Below, piece after piece: positions 48,883 through 60,565 of a stretch of 64,000 nt of DNA. Under the pieces are notes generated by a model that saw nothing but the letters and a program-made list of their open reading frames with translations, had not been told where the DNA came from and did no database searches. Source of the DNA: Perkinsela sp. CCAP 1560/9. Lineage: Eukaryota > Protista > Euglenozoa: Kinetoplastea. The stretch lies in assembly GCA_965644495.1 (NCBI GenBank), contig CBFFSA010000015.1:1-64000 (forward strand). The letters run 5' to 3'. Within the stretch, counting starts at the first letter, position 1; the number at the start of each line of letters is the position of its first letter. The position numbers were made by a program, and so were the translations under genes.

Positions 48883-50596
48883 CTATGCAAAAAGGCATGA
48901 TTCGTGTTTGTGGCTGATGCTCGAAATGTGATCTCGAGTTTTCAAGATAGGACGTTGTCCTTGCATACCCGCAAAAAAGGAGCACGCTTCACATATGGTA
49001 TGGTCCCCGCGCCCATGTTCGAAAACATGTTTGCGCATGCAGTCGTACATAACCGTGTACGACGAAGGGTATAAATCCCGTGATTCTGCACATTTCGTGC
49101 ACCGAAAGCCTGCAGACATGGTACCTTGCACCTCAAGGTCCATCCACATGTCGTACAGCTCCTTCTCGGTCTTGTGATTCGCACTCGAGAGATGCTCTCG
49201 AGTACGTCTTTTTTTTTTTAGTTGCATAGAGAAATCTTTGCCATAGTCGCTCTGACCGCCACCCGGTGTCCGACCAGCAGGCTTTTCTTGGTCGGATGAA
49301 CCAGCCACCTTCCAGTGGCAAGATACGTGACTCGCATCACGTACCTCAGGGGAGACACCGCATTACAGGGTAGTGCTGGACTTGCTAGGTGTGGCTCTGT
49401 CAATTACGAGAAGTCCTATTCCTACCGCTCGCCCGCTAAAACTCTACGGCCCCGGAATGTTAGTCCGGGAAGGTCCTGGCTGGAGAAATGAAGGCTTTTA
49501 CACCTCCACTCCTCCGGAGATGGGGTGGGATAAAACCATAGCTAGCACCAATGCCGTTCCATCTCCACCAGGGGGGCAAGGTTAACGCGCCCTCTAGCGT
49601 CATGTATGCCTCGGCGACGGATCTTGCCACGCCGTCTTTGCCCCGGAACGCGGTTAACGACGCCGCGAACAAGGGGGAACAGGAATAAGAGTGGAAAGCT
49701 CCCTCCTGCTAGCTCGGGGTCCTTACTTCGGAAGGCTGGGGTCGCCACGCCCCATCACCGACAACGGTCCAATTCCGGGTTCCTGACCTTATCTTCCCCT
49801 CTTGAGATGTTCAGGGTTTTGCTCGACCTGTGTTGTGGCACATTTCGTGCACCGAAAGCCATTGACAATGTCACCTTCAATTTGAAGGTTTTTCCACGCG
49901 TCAAAAATCTCTTTTTCACGCTTGTGGTCCACGCACTAGCCGTGATACTGTACGCTCAATCCGGGAAGTTTTCCCATGAGCTCTTGAAAAAAGGGACAAG
50001 GTTCACAAATGGCGTGTAGTCCTTTCGAGTGTTCCATTATGTGCCGCTTCATCAGGGGAACTGTCAGTTCCACCCGAATATTCGCTTTTGCACACTCGTT
50101 GCAGGTGTATAATTCACCTTCTTCAGCAGCACAATGTTGCCATTGCTCGTAAATCTGAGCTTCGCGTTTGTGCTTCTTGCTAGGCGGAGGTGGCGGAGTG
50201 GCAAGAATTCAAAGTTTGAAGCACGTGGTGCTCAGACGGCGAGTTAAAACCCGCTCATCGCATTATTCCTGGCGGCCTCACTCTAAGAGGCTGGGCTGAG
50301 AACCGACTAGGCCCTGTACTTGGAGGGCCGTCCCGGACCCCCCTCATGGAACCAGCTCCCTTACCCGGTTCACACCTCTTGGCGTCAACACCATTGCAAT
50401 GGGGATGATCGCCGCGCCCATGTTCGAAATTTGAAGGTTTTTCCACGCGTCAAAAATCTCTTTTTCACGCTTGTGGTTCACGCACTGGTCGTGATACTGT
50501 ACTTTTTCACCACGCTTGTGGTTCACGCACTGGTCGTGATACTGTACGCTCAATACGGGAAGTTTTCCCATGAGCTCTTGAAAAAAGGAACAAGGT
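48883..50596 (-). pseudogene. Fragmented coding remnant with repeated CxxC..H..H zinc-finger-like modules
   Basis: GFRCTKC..MRKHVFEH..HTICEAC (48883-49220) and YTCNEC..MKRHIMEH..HAICEPC..GFRCTKC (49830-50180); partial duplicate at 50410-50596. Confidence 0.5.
50183..50390 (+). mobile_element. SINE-B 5' half, diverged
   Basis: Head and core match the other SINE-B copies. Confidence 0.8.
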
Positions 50597-50740
50597 AGTT
50601 TTACAAAACAAGGTAGTTCTACAACCACCGCAATAATCGAGGGTAGAGCGGTAGTTTTACAACCACCGCAATACGTATTAACATGATTGTACATGGCTGC
50701 ACCTTGTTGATCTGTATTTCGATTCTTTTAAGAAAAAGTA

Positions 50741-51247
50741 ATGGTACACACCCGCTCACAAACGCAGGCTCAATTAGAACGAAGTGGGGAATCGTCTGAA
50801 AGCGACAATGAACCTATATACAGCACTCCTTTTGGTGGAAACCGTCCACAGGACGAATCTCACATCACAAAAAGCCAAGCTCAACCAAATAGTATCATCG
50901 CGGATCAGGTAAGCTCTGTCGTGGATAAGTTAACGCACGCACTCGCAAAGCTCACCACTCAAGTGGATGCACTGGAACGGCGTGATAAACAGCGTGAAAG
51001 AGGTAATGCCATGCGTGCGTCACCACCGGAGCTATCCATTGAAGCTATTCCACCGAAGAATTCGCCGAAGAAAAGGTGTAGCGTGACTGAAGACCAAAAT
51101 AAAAAATATGCTTCTCAAAATGCCATGCTTCCGGAAGAAGTAGATCGCATTGTCGAAGAAATTAGCTCTGCCATGCAGAAAAATGAAATCGAAATTGAAG
51201 CGACATGGTTTCCCGTCGGTGGCAAACAGAACCTAGCGACGACATGA
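50741..51247 (+). CDS. Hypothetical gag-like / coiled-coil ORF fragment
   Basis: ATG start, MVHTRSQ N-terminus and heptad stretch VDKLTHALAKLTTQVDALE; no diagnostic domain. Confidence 0.3.
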   Translation: MVHTRSQTQAQLERSGESSESDNEPIYSTPFGGNRPQDESHITKSQAQPNSIIADQVSSVVDKLTHALAKLTTQVDALERRDKQRERGNAMRASPPELSIEAIPPKNSPKKRCSVTEDQNKKYASQNAMLPEEVDRIVEEISSAMQKNEIEIEATWFPVGGKQNLATT

Positions 51248-51910
51248 CGAGGCATCGCGGAGGACACAGGTGATCAAGAAAACCCTATCATTGTAAGCTA
51301 TCCGTGGGGTAAGTATCCGTTGCCAAACAACGTTCTTGTGCCGGTGACAATTACCGTCAAGGTACTTATTAACAATAATAATTAACGTAATTTTTTTTTG
51401 GGAGGAAATTATTCCGTTAATTATTATTCCAATGATTTTTACGAAATTCGTAACAAAATTTAAGCGTCAAGAGACAACATTAATGAGAAGGTTTTCAAAA
51501 AATCTTCAAAACATATTAAAAAATCCGATTACTTATGTTTACATGAGGGAAAAACAATGCCAACCTTAAGAATGAGCGGAAAAAACCTAAGTAAACATGA
51601 TATGAAAACATACTAAACGTTCTTAATGATATCAAAACCTTAGTCAATATCAGTAACGTGATTCGGTTGGATAAAACGGTGAAACTGAAGCAAAATTCGG
51701 CCTTTTTCAGCTTTTGTCTATCAAATTCTCTGATTGTAGAAAATACTTCTCCAGAGATCGTATTCATATTTTCTTGAGTTTTTCGCTATTCTGTTCGCCA
51801 TTTTCAGTTACTTGGTCTATCTTTCCATGCCTTGAACGGGGTGTGTTGGGTTTTCTTGTCGGCGAAAGCTGACAATAAATAAGATTGCAACTTGGACTGA
51901 AAAGCAGTGC

Positions 51911-52783
51911 GTGGAGTGGCTACAAGATCATAAGTTGGTGGCACAAAAGGTCATATGTTGCAAGCGAAATCACACGAGTGACCACACTATGGAAATAAAT
52001 GGTGAAAAATGGAAGTGCACGAAGTCTTGCAAAGGGATATACGAGAAGACGGGTCCACTGTTGCCGGGCAGGGCGCAGCGAAGCGCTAAACAAACACTGT
52101 ACATTGTAATTTACGTTCGGGGGAATAGACATGAGGTGTCTGTCGCAGAGACGGAGCTCAGTGAGAAAACAATTATATCACTACGTCAGTGGATTGATTC
52201 CATCATGGCAACTTGTCATGTGCGTCGACGCGCCCGACAAAGAGGGAGCGTCCACTCGATGCAGTGTGATGAAACTTTTTTCTCGGTTCGGAAACGTCAC
52301 CGAGGTAGTCACGGTTCGAGGCGCGTGCGCGCAGAGGGTAAGCAAGTAGCCCAAACGGTTGCGGTGACGACTCGAAACAAGTTATCCGAAATTTTAACGC
52401 AAGTCGTACCAGATCGCACTGCTGGTTCTCTTTTCCCCGGAATTACAGAACTAGCCGCAGGAGAACGTACCAGAATTTGGACAGACGGCGCTCGTCACAA
52501 TATTCGTCTCGGGCAGAACTACAAGTGGGAAAGCGTCAACCACCGTCGACAGTGGGTCACAGAGGAAGGTGTGCACACAAACACTGTGGAGTGTGCGAAC
52601 TCAATCGTCAAGAAGCGTTCAAAGCGTGAAGGTGGTGTGTTGGGCCGGAAAGCTGCCCGGAGAGATGATCGGGTGCAGGCCTACGCAGAGCAGGGAAGCG
52701 GAAGTTTGAAGTGTAATGGGGGGGATGCTTTGTTGCGCGTGCTTGAAAATTTAAAAGAGCATTGCGCTTGCGTATACGTATAG
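51911..52783 (+). CDS. Merlin/IS1595-family DDE transposase, near full length (start uncertain)
   Basis: N-terminal Cys cluster; QCDETFF, IWTDG and SVNH..GVHTNTVE give an intact D-D-E. Confidence 0.85.
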   Translation: MEWLQDHKLVAQKVICCKRNHTSDHTMEINGEKWKCTKSCKGIYEKTGPLLPGRAQRSAKQTLYIVIYVRGNRHEVSVAETELSEKTIISLRQWIDSIMATCHVRRRARQRGSVHSMQCDETFFSVRKRHRGSHGSRRVRAEGKQVAQTVAVTTRNKLSEILTQVVPDRTAGSLFPGITELAAGERTRIWTDGARHNIRLGQNYKWESVNHRRQWVTEEGVHTNTVECANSIVKKRSKREGGVLGRKAARRDDRVQAYAEQGSGSLKCNGGDALLRVLENLKEHCACVYV

Positions 52784-53050
52784 TGTCCGCTCTTTAATTC
52801 TAAAGTTGTGAGTTTAAGTTTTTCAACATTTTTTGAGCAATTTTTGAACAGATTTATGAAAAAAACGAAAAAATCGAATTTTGCTTCGATAGCCGATAAA
52901 ACCTTTCAATACATCTATCTTGTAACTTATGCGGATACATCGTAATCGATTCGTCCCTTCGCGGTGACGTCGTATTTTTTCTTCCGGAGAGAAATATTTG
53001 GAAATTTGTTGATGAACAGACCGACAACCGACTAAAATATTTGGGAAGAT

Positions 53051-55740
53051 TGCGGTGGTTGTAAAATTACCGCTCTACCCTCGATTGCGGTGGTTGTAAA
53101 ACTACCGCTATACACTCGATTATTGAAAAAAAAGTGAACAAAAACAGTGAAAATATAAAGAGGAACACAGTAATATAATAGAAGAAAAAAATATAAAAGT
53201 GGGCTCCGGTGGTCCAAACCTGAAAAAAAAAGTTGAAAAAAATGGGGGGTCCATGGGGGGGTCCAGGGGGGAACTTAGAAGTCACTCATGCTCAGCGCTT
53301 CGCGTTGAAAACTACCGCCGCGTTTAACGAAGAGCCTAAAAAAGAAAATTTAGCCTGGAAAACGGAAAGATCATAGCCAAAAATTGCCGAATTTAGGGTA
53401 AAAATGGGGTGATTTTCGCGTATTTTTGCTCTCAGAGCACTAAATCCGACATTTGCGCGTGGGAAATCACTCGTAGGCATGAATGGAAGCCTACCGAACG
53501 TATTGGGTAGAGAATGCGACTCCAACCATATCATTCTTTCGACCCAAAAATGCCCCTTTAGGTCCGAAAAATACTTTTTCACCATTTTTAGTCAAAAGTG
53601 GGTCATTTTGAGGGGCGCACCACAGTTTGAAGAAGGGATACCTTGCGAAAACAACTGCGGAGAAAGCTAGTGTAGGTCCCAAACTATCAAAATACAATAG
53701 GGGAAACGATTTTAGAAAAATATTTTTTTTGCCATTTTTTTCGCCAAGTAGAAATTTTTTTCAATTTTTTTTTTCCGAAAAAATCCCAACTTGGCGGACC
53801 CGTCCTGCGGATACGCGGGGGGGTCACCCCCGGGTAGGGGGGTGGAATATGCGCGCCAAGACCCCGGCTACCCTTTCTGCGGGTTTTTTTCGAAAAAATT
53901 TGCTCGAACCCCCCTGGACCCCCCCCTGGACCCCCCATTTTTTTCAATTTTTTTTTCAGTTTTGGACCACCGGAGCCCCCTTTTATATTTTTTTCTTCTA
54001 TTATATTACTGTGTTCCTCTTTATATTTTCACTGTTTTTGTTCACTTTTTTTTCAATAATCAAGTGCAGAGCGGTAGTTTTACAACCACCGCAATTTTTT
54101 TCTTCTATTATATTACTGTGTTCCCCTTTATATTTTCACTGTTTTTGTTCACTTTTTTTTTCAATAATCGAGTGTAGAGCGGTAGTTTTACAACCACCGC
54201 AATTGTTTATAATTCCCCCTCCCGGGGGGTGACCCCCCCCGCGTACCCGCAGGACGGGTCCGCCAAGTTGGGATTTTTTCGGAAAAAAAAAATTGAAAAA
54301 AATTTCAACTTGGCGAAAAAAATGGCAAAAAAAATATTTTTCCAAAATCGTTTCCCCTATTTTGATAGTTTGGGACCTACACTAGCTTTCTCCGAAGTTG
54401 TTTTCGCAAGGTATCCCTTCTTCGAACCTTGGTGCGCCCCTCAAAATGACCCATTTTTGACTAAAAATGGTGAAAAAGTATTTTTCGGACCTAAAGGGGC
54501 ATTTTTGCGTCGAAAGAATGATATGGTTGGAGTCGCATTCTCTACCCAATACGTTCGGTAGGCTTCCATTCATGCCTACGAGTGATTTCCCACGCGCAAA
54601 TGTCGGATTTAGTGCTCTGAGAGCAAAAATACGCGAAAATTACCCCATTTTTACCCGAAATTCGGCAATTTTTTGGCTATAATCTTTCCGTTTTCCAGGC
54701 TAAATTTTCTTTTTTAGGCTCTTCGTTAAACGCGGCGGTAGTTTTCAACGCGAAGCGCGCAGCATGAGTGACTTCTAAGTTGAAAACAACCACCGCGTTT
54801 AACGAAGAGCCTAAAAAAGAATTGCGGTGGTTGTAAAACTACCGCTCTACACTCGATTATTGAAAAAAAAGTGAACAAAAACAGTGAAAATATAAAGAGG
54901 AACACAGTAATATAATAGAAGAAAAAAATATAAAAGGGGGCTCCGGTGGTCCAAAACTGAAAATTTTTTTTGAAAAAAATGGGGGGTCCATGGGGGGGGT
55001 CCAGGGGGGGGGGTCCAGGGGGGGGGTCCAGGGGGGGGGGGCATGGTCGATCAAATTTTTTCGAAAAAATTAGTTTTCGAAAAAAAACCGCAGAAAGGGT
55101 AGCCGGGGTCTTGGCGCGCATTTTCCACCCCCCTACCCGGGGGTGACCCCCCCGCGTATCCGCAGGACGGGTCCGCCAAGTTCGGATTTTTTCGGAAAAA
55201 AAAATTTGAAAAAAATTTCAACTTGGCGAAACAAATGACAAAAAAAATATTTTTCCAAAATCGTTTCCCCTATTGTATTTTGATAGTTTGGGACCTACAC
55301 TAGCTTTCTACGCAGTTGTTTTCGCAAGGTATCACTTCTTCGAACTGTGGTGCGCCCCCCAAAATGACCCATTTTTGACTAAAAAAGGTGAAAAAGTATT
55401 TTTCGGACCTAAAGGGGCATTTTTGTGTCGAAAGAATGGTATGGTTGGAGTCGCATTCTCTACCCAATACGTTCGGTAGGCTTTCATTCATGCCTGCGAG
55501 TGATTTCCCACGCGCAAATGTCGGATTTAGTGCTCTGAGAGCAAAAATATGCGAAAATGACCCCATTTTTACCCGAAATTCGGCTATTTTTGGCTATAAT
55601 CTTTCCGTTTTCCAGGCTAAATTTTCTTTTTTAGGCTCTTCGTTAAACGCGGCGGGAGTTTTCAACGCGAAGCGCGCAGCATGAGTGACTTCTAAGTTGA
55701 AAACAACCACCGCGTTTAACGAAGAGCCTAAAAAAGAAAA
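53051..55740. mobile_element. Cluster of four E copies in both orientations, including a complete copy at 54822-55740 (+)
   Basis: 5' part + (53051-53271), minus copy (53272-54202), 3' part + (54213-54821), then a full copy head-to-tail. Confidence 0.85.
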
Positions 55741-56111
55741 TTTTATTAATGAGATTCGAAAAATGAATTTTTCTTATTATGGACTTCAAATTCTTGACTT
55801 TCGAGACAATTCATTCAACTTGGAAGAAGTTTTTAGTGCAAAGCATGTGGTACAGGTGTCTTTCTAGATAAAAAATAAAGAATTTGAGGTTAATGATTTT
55901 TGGAGGCTTGTAATTATTAATGAGAGGGGGAGTATTAAGCTGAGAATTTTGATATTAAAGAGACTTTGATAAACCGGGGTGCATATTTTTATCAAAGTGT
56001 GATAGGCTTATCACACGTTGATAGCGTTATCACACTGCGCTTTATTGGGGTGACCCCCGGTTTATCTGATTCACTTTTTAATCACCTTATCTTTTCAGCC
56101 TTCCTCCCTAT

Positions 56112-56456
56112 ATGCCTACTCTTCCGGAGAACGTCCCCACCGAAGAATGCGATATATCGCGGAAGATTAGTGATGTTAAGCGGAAGCGGGATGACTCGCA
56201 CGAATCAGAGATGAACTTGAGTTCAGCTCTGGGCGAGCGTGACGAGCGCTCGATCACTGTGGAGCAAATTCCGTCGGAAATAACAAAGAAAAACTTAAGT
56301 GAGTATTATGCATTCTTTGGTGACGTAAAGTTCGTCACAATAATTAAAAAGTTCAAACGTGCGTATGTTTGGTTTGCTACGACAGAACAAGCAAAACATG
56401 CATGCAGCACGCATCGCAAGAGAAAGGGAACCCGAAAGGATCAGCCAACAAAGTAA
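56112..56456 (+). CDS. Short RRM-domain ORF (possibly pseudogene)
   Basis: RSITVEQIP (RNP2-like), YAFFGDV, RAYVWFAT (RNP1-like). Confidence 0.6.
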   Translation: MPTLPENVPTEECDISRKISDVKRKRDDSHESEMNLSSALGERDERSITVEQIPSEITKKNLSEYYAFFGDVKFVTIIKKFKRAYVWFATTEQAKHACSTHRKRKGTRKDQPTK

Positions 56457-56747
56457 GCGAGGAACAAGAAGTTTTGAAAGGCAAAGATTTACTGACAAGG
56501 AAAAGTGATTACATGACAAAGAAAGTTTTTTTGCTTGTCGAAGTTAATTTCTAAAACGTAGTTTTCCGGTTTTTTTTCAGTGCACGTTTTCATGCTTTGT
56601 TTCTCCACTTTTTACCCTCTAAAAACCCATACTATTCTGTGGAGGGAGATACTACTCTCTAGCTATCCTATATTAATAAATTTGGCCCGAAAATTGGTCC
56701 GATTTTTATAAGAATATTTAAATATTTTAGATATTTCAAAATTGTAG

Positions 56748-57107
56748 ATGGCGTCCTCGGAGATCGTTTCAAATTCCAAGGCGAGCATCACCGAGCAGGA
56801 ACGAGATTCGAAACAAAAAAAGGATGCTTACCTTGAATCGCGCAAGGTATTGCGCTCAGCCCTTGAGGAATGCGACGAACGTTCCATCACGGTACAAAAC
56901 CTTCCCCCCGACATGAAAGAAGAAAGTCTTCGGAGCCAATACGCTTCGTATGATCCGATTGACTCCATCACGGTTGTTCAGCAAAAGGGGAATATGTACG
57001 CGCACGTTTGCTTCAGCACCGCTGATGTAGCAATGTCGGTGTCTGCAGAATGTAGGAACACTATACCTATGGATAATGCCATTGCGCAAAATATGACCCA
57101 GTTGTAA
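56748..57107 (+). CDS. Second paralogous RRM-domain ORF directly behind an F-type 5' terminus (56642)
   Basis: SALEECDERSITVQNLP versus SALGERDERSITVEQIP; YAHVCFST RNP1-like. Confidence 0.55.
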   Translation: MASSEIVSNSKASITEQERDSKQKKDAYLESRKVLRSALEECDERSITVQNLPPDMKEESLRSQYASYDPIDSITVVQQKGNMYAHVCFSTADVAMSVSAECRNTIPMDNAIAQNMTQL

Positions 57108-57171
57108 AAGATTGCGACGGGTATAGGGAAGGGGTGTTTGCGAATTGTAAAAAAAATTATAAAAAATTAGA

Positions 57172-57253
57172 TACTCCTCCTCTTATTAATTTCTATAAAT
57201 ATAAATTATAACGAAAAAGAAAATTTATATTAAATTTATAGAAATTAATGAGA
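57172..57253. repeat. AT-rich foldback / MITE-like remnant; related ends at 58379-58399 and ~55916-55935
   Basis: TCTTATTAATTTCTATAAAT...ATTTATAGAAATTAATGAGA; TACTCCTCCTCTTATTAAT versus ATTAATGAGAAGAGGAGTA. Confidence 0.55.
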
Positions 57254-57476
57254 ATGATTAGGCAAAAAGTCCTGATTAATGATCCTGCCTGATGGAAAAA
57301 CGCTATTTTTCTGCGATAAGCTATCGCAGAACGTGAGATCCAAGGCCCTTGTCGGAAGTGAGGGTCAATTTTTTCTGCGGTGTCCTCCCCTCTATCCTAG
57401 CTTTTCCTGTTTTTTTCTTCAAAAACATAGTTTTTTGAAAATCTATATTTTTTTTCTGAAAAATTAGGAATGGCGT

Positions 57477-58378
57477 TATAAAGCCCTCCGCATCAAAAAG
57501 ACACCCGCCCTTATTTTTTGCGCGAGGGGGGCTAGGGTTATCGCACCACTTTGTCGTGCAAAATTTTGAGATCTGTTCGTTCCCGTTGTCTTTAGGTCAT
57601 TTCGAAAAATAAAAAAAAGTTGAATTTTAATTTTTAAAAAAATCACTTTTCATGCCAAGAAATACGTATCGACTTCCCAGGGGTGGTCTTACAGAAAGTG
57701 GAAAAGTGTTATTGCGCATGAGGCTTGGCCAAGGGGTTGCGATAAGGCAAGTAGCCCGCGAGTTTAATGTCAATGTGAAACATATTCGAAAATATTTGAA
57801 AAACAATTCGCCTGAATAAAAAGACACCTTGTTGTTCTCCCACCCATCTCAATTACATGTGTTTCGTACATTAAAACATTAAAAAAAGTACCATTCCCCT
57901 CAAACTGTATTTTTCAACAAGATGGGGCAACACCTTAGGCTGCCAAGGAAACAAAAGCGTACCTTGAGGACGGCAACATGAAATTATTGAAAAATTGTCC
58001 GCTCAACTCCCACGATCTCTCACCAATAAAAAACGTGTGGAGCATGGTACAAAATCTTGTAGATGAATACAATCCTGCAACTAAAGAAGATCTCATAAAA
58101 AGCGTACGCAAAGCTTGGCGTAAATTGCCTCAAGAATATATTGATGATTCGGTTTAGAGCTTCGATGCTTGCCTCAAAGCTTGTGTGGCGAGTAACGGAG
58201 AAAAAGTGAGAAAATGGTAATCTCTACCTAAAATATACGTATTCGTTTCTTTTTGTCTCATTTCTTCACGCGCAAAGTCTTTGTGTTGAGATCTGCAAAA
58301 TGCAACAAAAATCAGCCCAAACGGACAATTGGCTGAAAAGTTAAGGGTGGGTGCCTTATTGGTGCGGAGGGGTTTATA
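57477..58378 (+). mobile_element. Internally deleted Tc1/IS630-like transposon
   Basis: Imperfect ~37-bp TIRs (57477-57513 / 58342-58378) at TA; HTH-like ORF from 57652; FQQDGA and CPLNSHDLSPIKNVW motifs at ~57905-58040. Confidence 0.8.
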
Positions 58379-58501
58379 AATTAATGAGAAGAGGAGTATT
58401 GCACAGACTAATGTCTCCCCTGTATTCGTTCTATCCCACCGCGAAAGGTGAATACTTTGTGATCATCAGAAAGGCCCTTTTGCCGACTCCACATTGTCAC
58501 A

Positions 58502-60394
58502 TCAATCCAATACACTTTTACACAAGGGACAGCGACCGTGTCTGCGCAGCCAAGGATCAACACAGTTTGTGTGGTAAATATGAAAACAGGGAAGAGTGCG
58601 AGTACCATCGCCGTTCTGAATGATATCCATACAGACCGTACAACATAGACGTTCAGGCATATTCTCCACTTTTACGTCTTTGTGAATGTTTGCATTCGAT
58701 AAAATCATTTTTTCGCTGTTTACGCCATAATTTAGAGTGTCCGGTTCGGTATTCTTAGAAAAAAAGATCCCTCGAACGGTGAGAGATTCGATCTGGTCCA
58801 TTTCTAGTCCATTCTCCGCATCTGTAGTATTTTCCTCTTCATCTGACGTTGAAACGTCTTGCAAATTGGAATCGAAAATTCCCTCTTCATCGCTATCAGA
58901 AAACTCTGAATTCCGAACGTCATACCCGTATGAACCTTCTTGATTACTATCATCATCTGACACGTTCATGACGTTTTCTGAAGCTAAGGACACCTGATCA
59001 ATAGATAGTTCATAAGAAGGTTCGGAGAACTCAGAGTTTGCTAAATCTTCTGCCGACATGGCGCCCGAATGTATCATTAAGGTTCGCTCCCAGGACGTGA
59101 GAGAGGGTTGAGAGCTGCGAACATGTGACACGGAGAGCTGACCAATATGGGATTCACGAGCGTTCATTCCACCTCTACCGTGACTCGTATGCATATTTCG
59201 GTTCGTGCGTGCGCTACGCTTCGATTGCACTTCACGAGGACTATCCGGTTGAGGAGAATTGTGTGCAGAGTTTGCGTTCCCTCGTGAAACTTTCGAGACC
59301 GTGGAGGCGGAGTTAAGTCTATTGTCCGAGCTCCGATGCAGGTTAATATTTTTCGTGCTCTCTTGCACTGACTTGTTTTTTAATTTCGAACGTGTACGAT
59401 GGGCGATACACTCTTCTCCCTCTTTTTCTATGTTCAGAGGTGCTTCCGAATTAGACTTTAGAGAATTACAAGGAACTGAAGAATGCGACAAATACTCCAA
59501 AATTGATTTCGGACGATGGTTCTTTTCGTTCTTCGCCGGGTTGCAAACACCGGACGAACTCGCACCTTTTCTTTCTTCCGTTTCTAGAATCAATGTATTC
59601 TCTCTTTCCTTCTCGCGTGCATTCATGAATCTATTAACCGGCGTTAGTGGCTCTGTTTCCGTGGGACCTTCAACCGCGGGGCGAGATCCTGTACCACGAA
59701 CATGCCGATTGCCCCCTCTTCCCCGACCTCTTTCGTAATTCCCCACCGCACTCCAATGACGCAACACGTCCCGTAACGAAATACGGTGGTCGTGTTCCTC
59801 CCTGGGGGAGGAGAGAGAAGAGGAGGTAAGAACCTCCGGGGTCTCGTACTCGTGCGCTCGGGTACGTCGTCCCGCGTATCGGGTACTCCCCCCACATGAG
59901 GGATTATCTAGCCGCATCATCCCGGCACGTACCAAAGCTTCCGTGGCAAAGTCCCCGATCGACGGGGAAGAGGCCGGGTGATGGGTGGGAGAACGCCCCC
60001 TGGAGTTGGCCACTCTCGAAGAGGGCTCGAGAACAGAAGGAGGGCTAGAATTTGCGAAAGATGAAGACGGAGGTAGGTGGGATGAGGATGTAGGGTTGTG
60101 TGAAGAATTTATTCGCTTTCGGGAACGTGGCGAGTTGTGGAGGGAATCCCTACGAATCTGCTCCGCCTCTAACACGCGAGGGTCGGGTCTTTCCAGGCGG
60201 GCGTAGTATGCAGTTATTTGTGTGATGAGCAACTCACGGGGACCGATGGAGGGGAGACCAAGAGATTTAGCTATGACTTGTAAATCCTCGTGGGAAATGG
60301 TTTCCAGATGAAAGAGGATGGAAGGCATGAAACAAGAAAGTATGTGTGTTCGTGTGTAGAACCGGAAGACAAGAAGCGTGAAATGAGTCAACAA
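58502..60394 (-). CDS. RING-H2 E3 ubiquitin ligase-like protein with an N-terminal SAP-like motif (likely ATG start near 60329)
   Basis: C-terminal CTVC..LPCFHIYHTNCVDPWL..CPLCK; LQVIAKSLGLPSIGPRELLI. Confidence 0.9.
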   Translation of the reverse strand: MLTHFTLLVFRFYTRTHILSCFMPSILFHLETISHEDLQVIAKSLGLPSIGPRELLITQITAYYARLERPDPRVLEAEQIRRDSLHNSPRSRKRINSSHNPTSSSHLPPSSSFANSSPPSVLEPSSRVANSRGRSPTHHPASSPSIGDFATEALVRAGMMRLDNPSCGGSTRYAGRRTRAHEYETPEVLTSSSLSSPREEHDHRISLRDVLRHWSAVGNYERGRGRGGNRHVRGTGSRPAVEGPTETEPLTPVNRFMNAREKERENTLILETEERKGASSSGVCNPAKNEKNHRPKSILEYLSHSSVPCNSLKSNSEAPLNIEKEGEECIAHRTRSKLKNKSVQESTKNINLHRSSDNRLNSASTVSKVSRGNANSAHNSPQPDSPREVQSKRSARTNRNMHTSHGRGGMNARESHIGQLSVSHVRSSQPSLTSWERTLMIHSGAMSAEDLANSEFSEPSYELSIDQVSLASENVMNVSDDDSNQEGSYGYDVRNSEFSDSDEEGIFDSNLQDVSTSDEEENTTDAENGLEMDQIESLTVRGIFFSKNTEPDTLNYGVNSEKMILSNANIHKDVKVENMPERLCCTVCMDIIQNGDGTRTLPCFHIYHTNCVDPWLRRHGRCPLCKSVLD

Positions 60395-60565
60395 AACGTA
60401 GATAATACCTGTTCTTTTAGAAGACGTACAATTCTACTACTTTTCTGAGTGTCACATATTAAAGCAAGTTCGCGACAGACTCAAGTCAAACAGCCGTTTC
60501 CTAGAATCCGAAAACACGTTTTGAGAAACACATGCCTAGACACCCCATCTCACCCCATCTCTCCT

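Noticed and set aside
51361-53022. Merlin TIRs (GGTACTTATTAACAA / TTGTTGATGAACAGACC)
   Set aside because: Only a weak match and no 8-9 bp TSD in the flanks; ends left undefined
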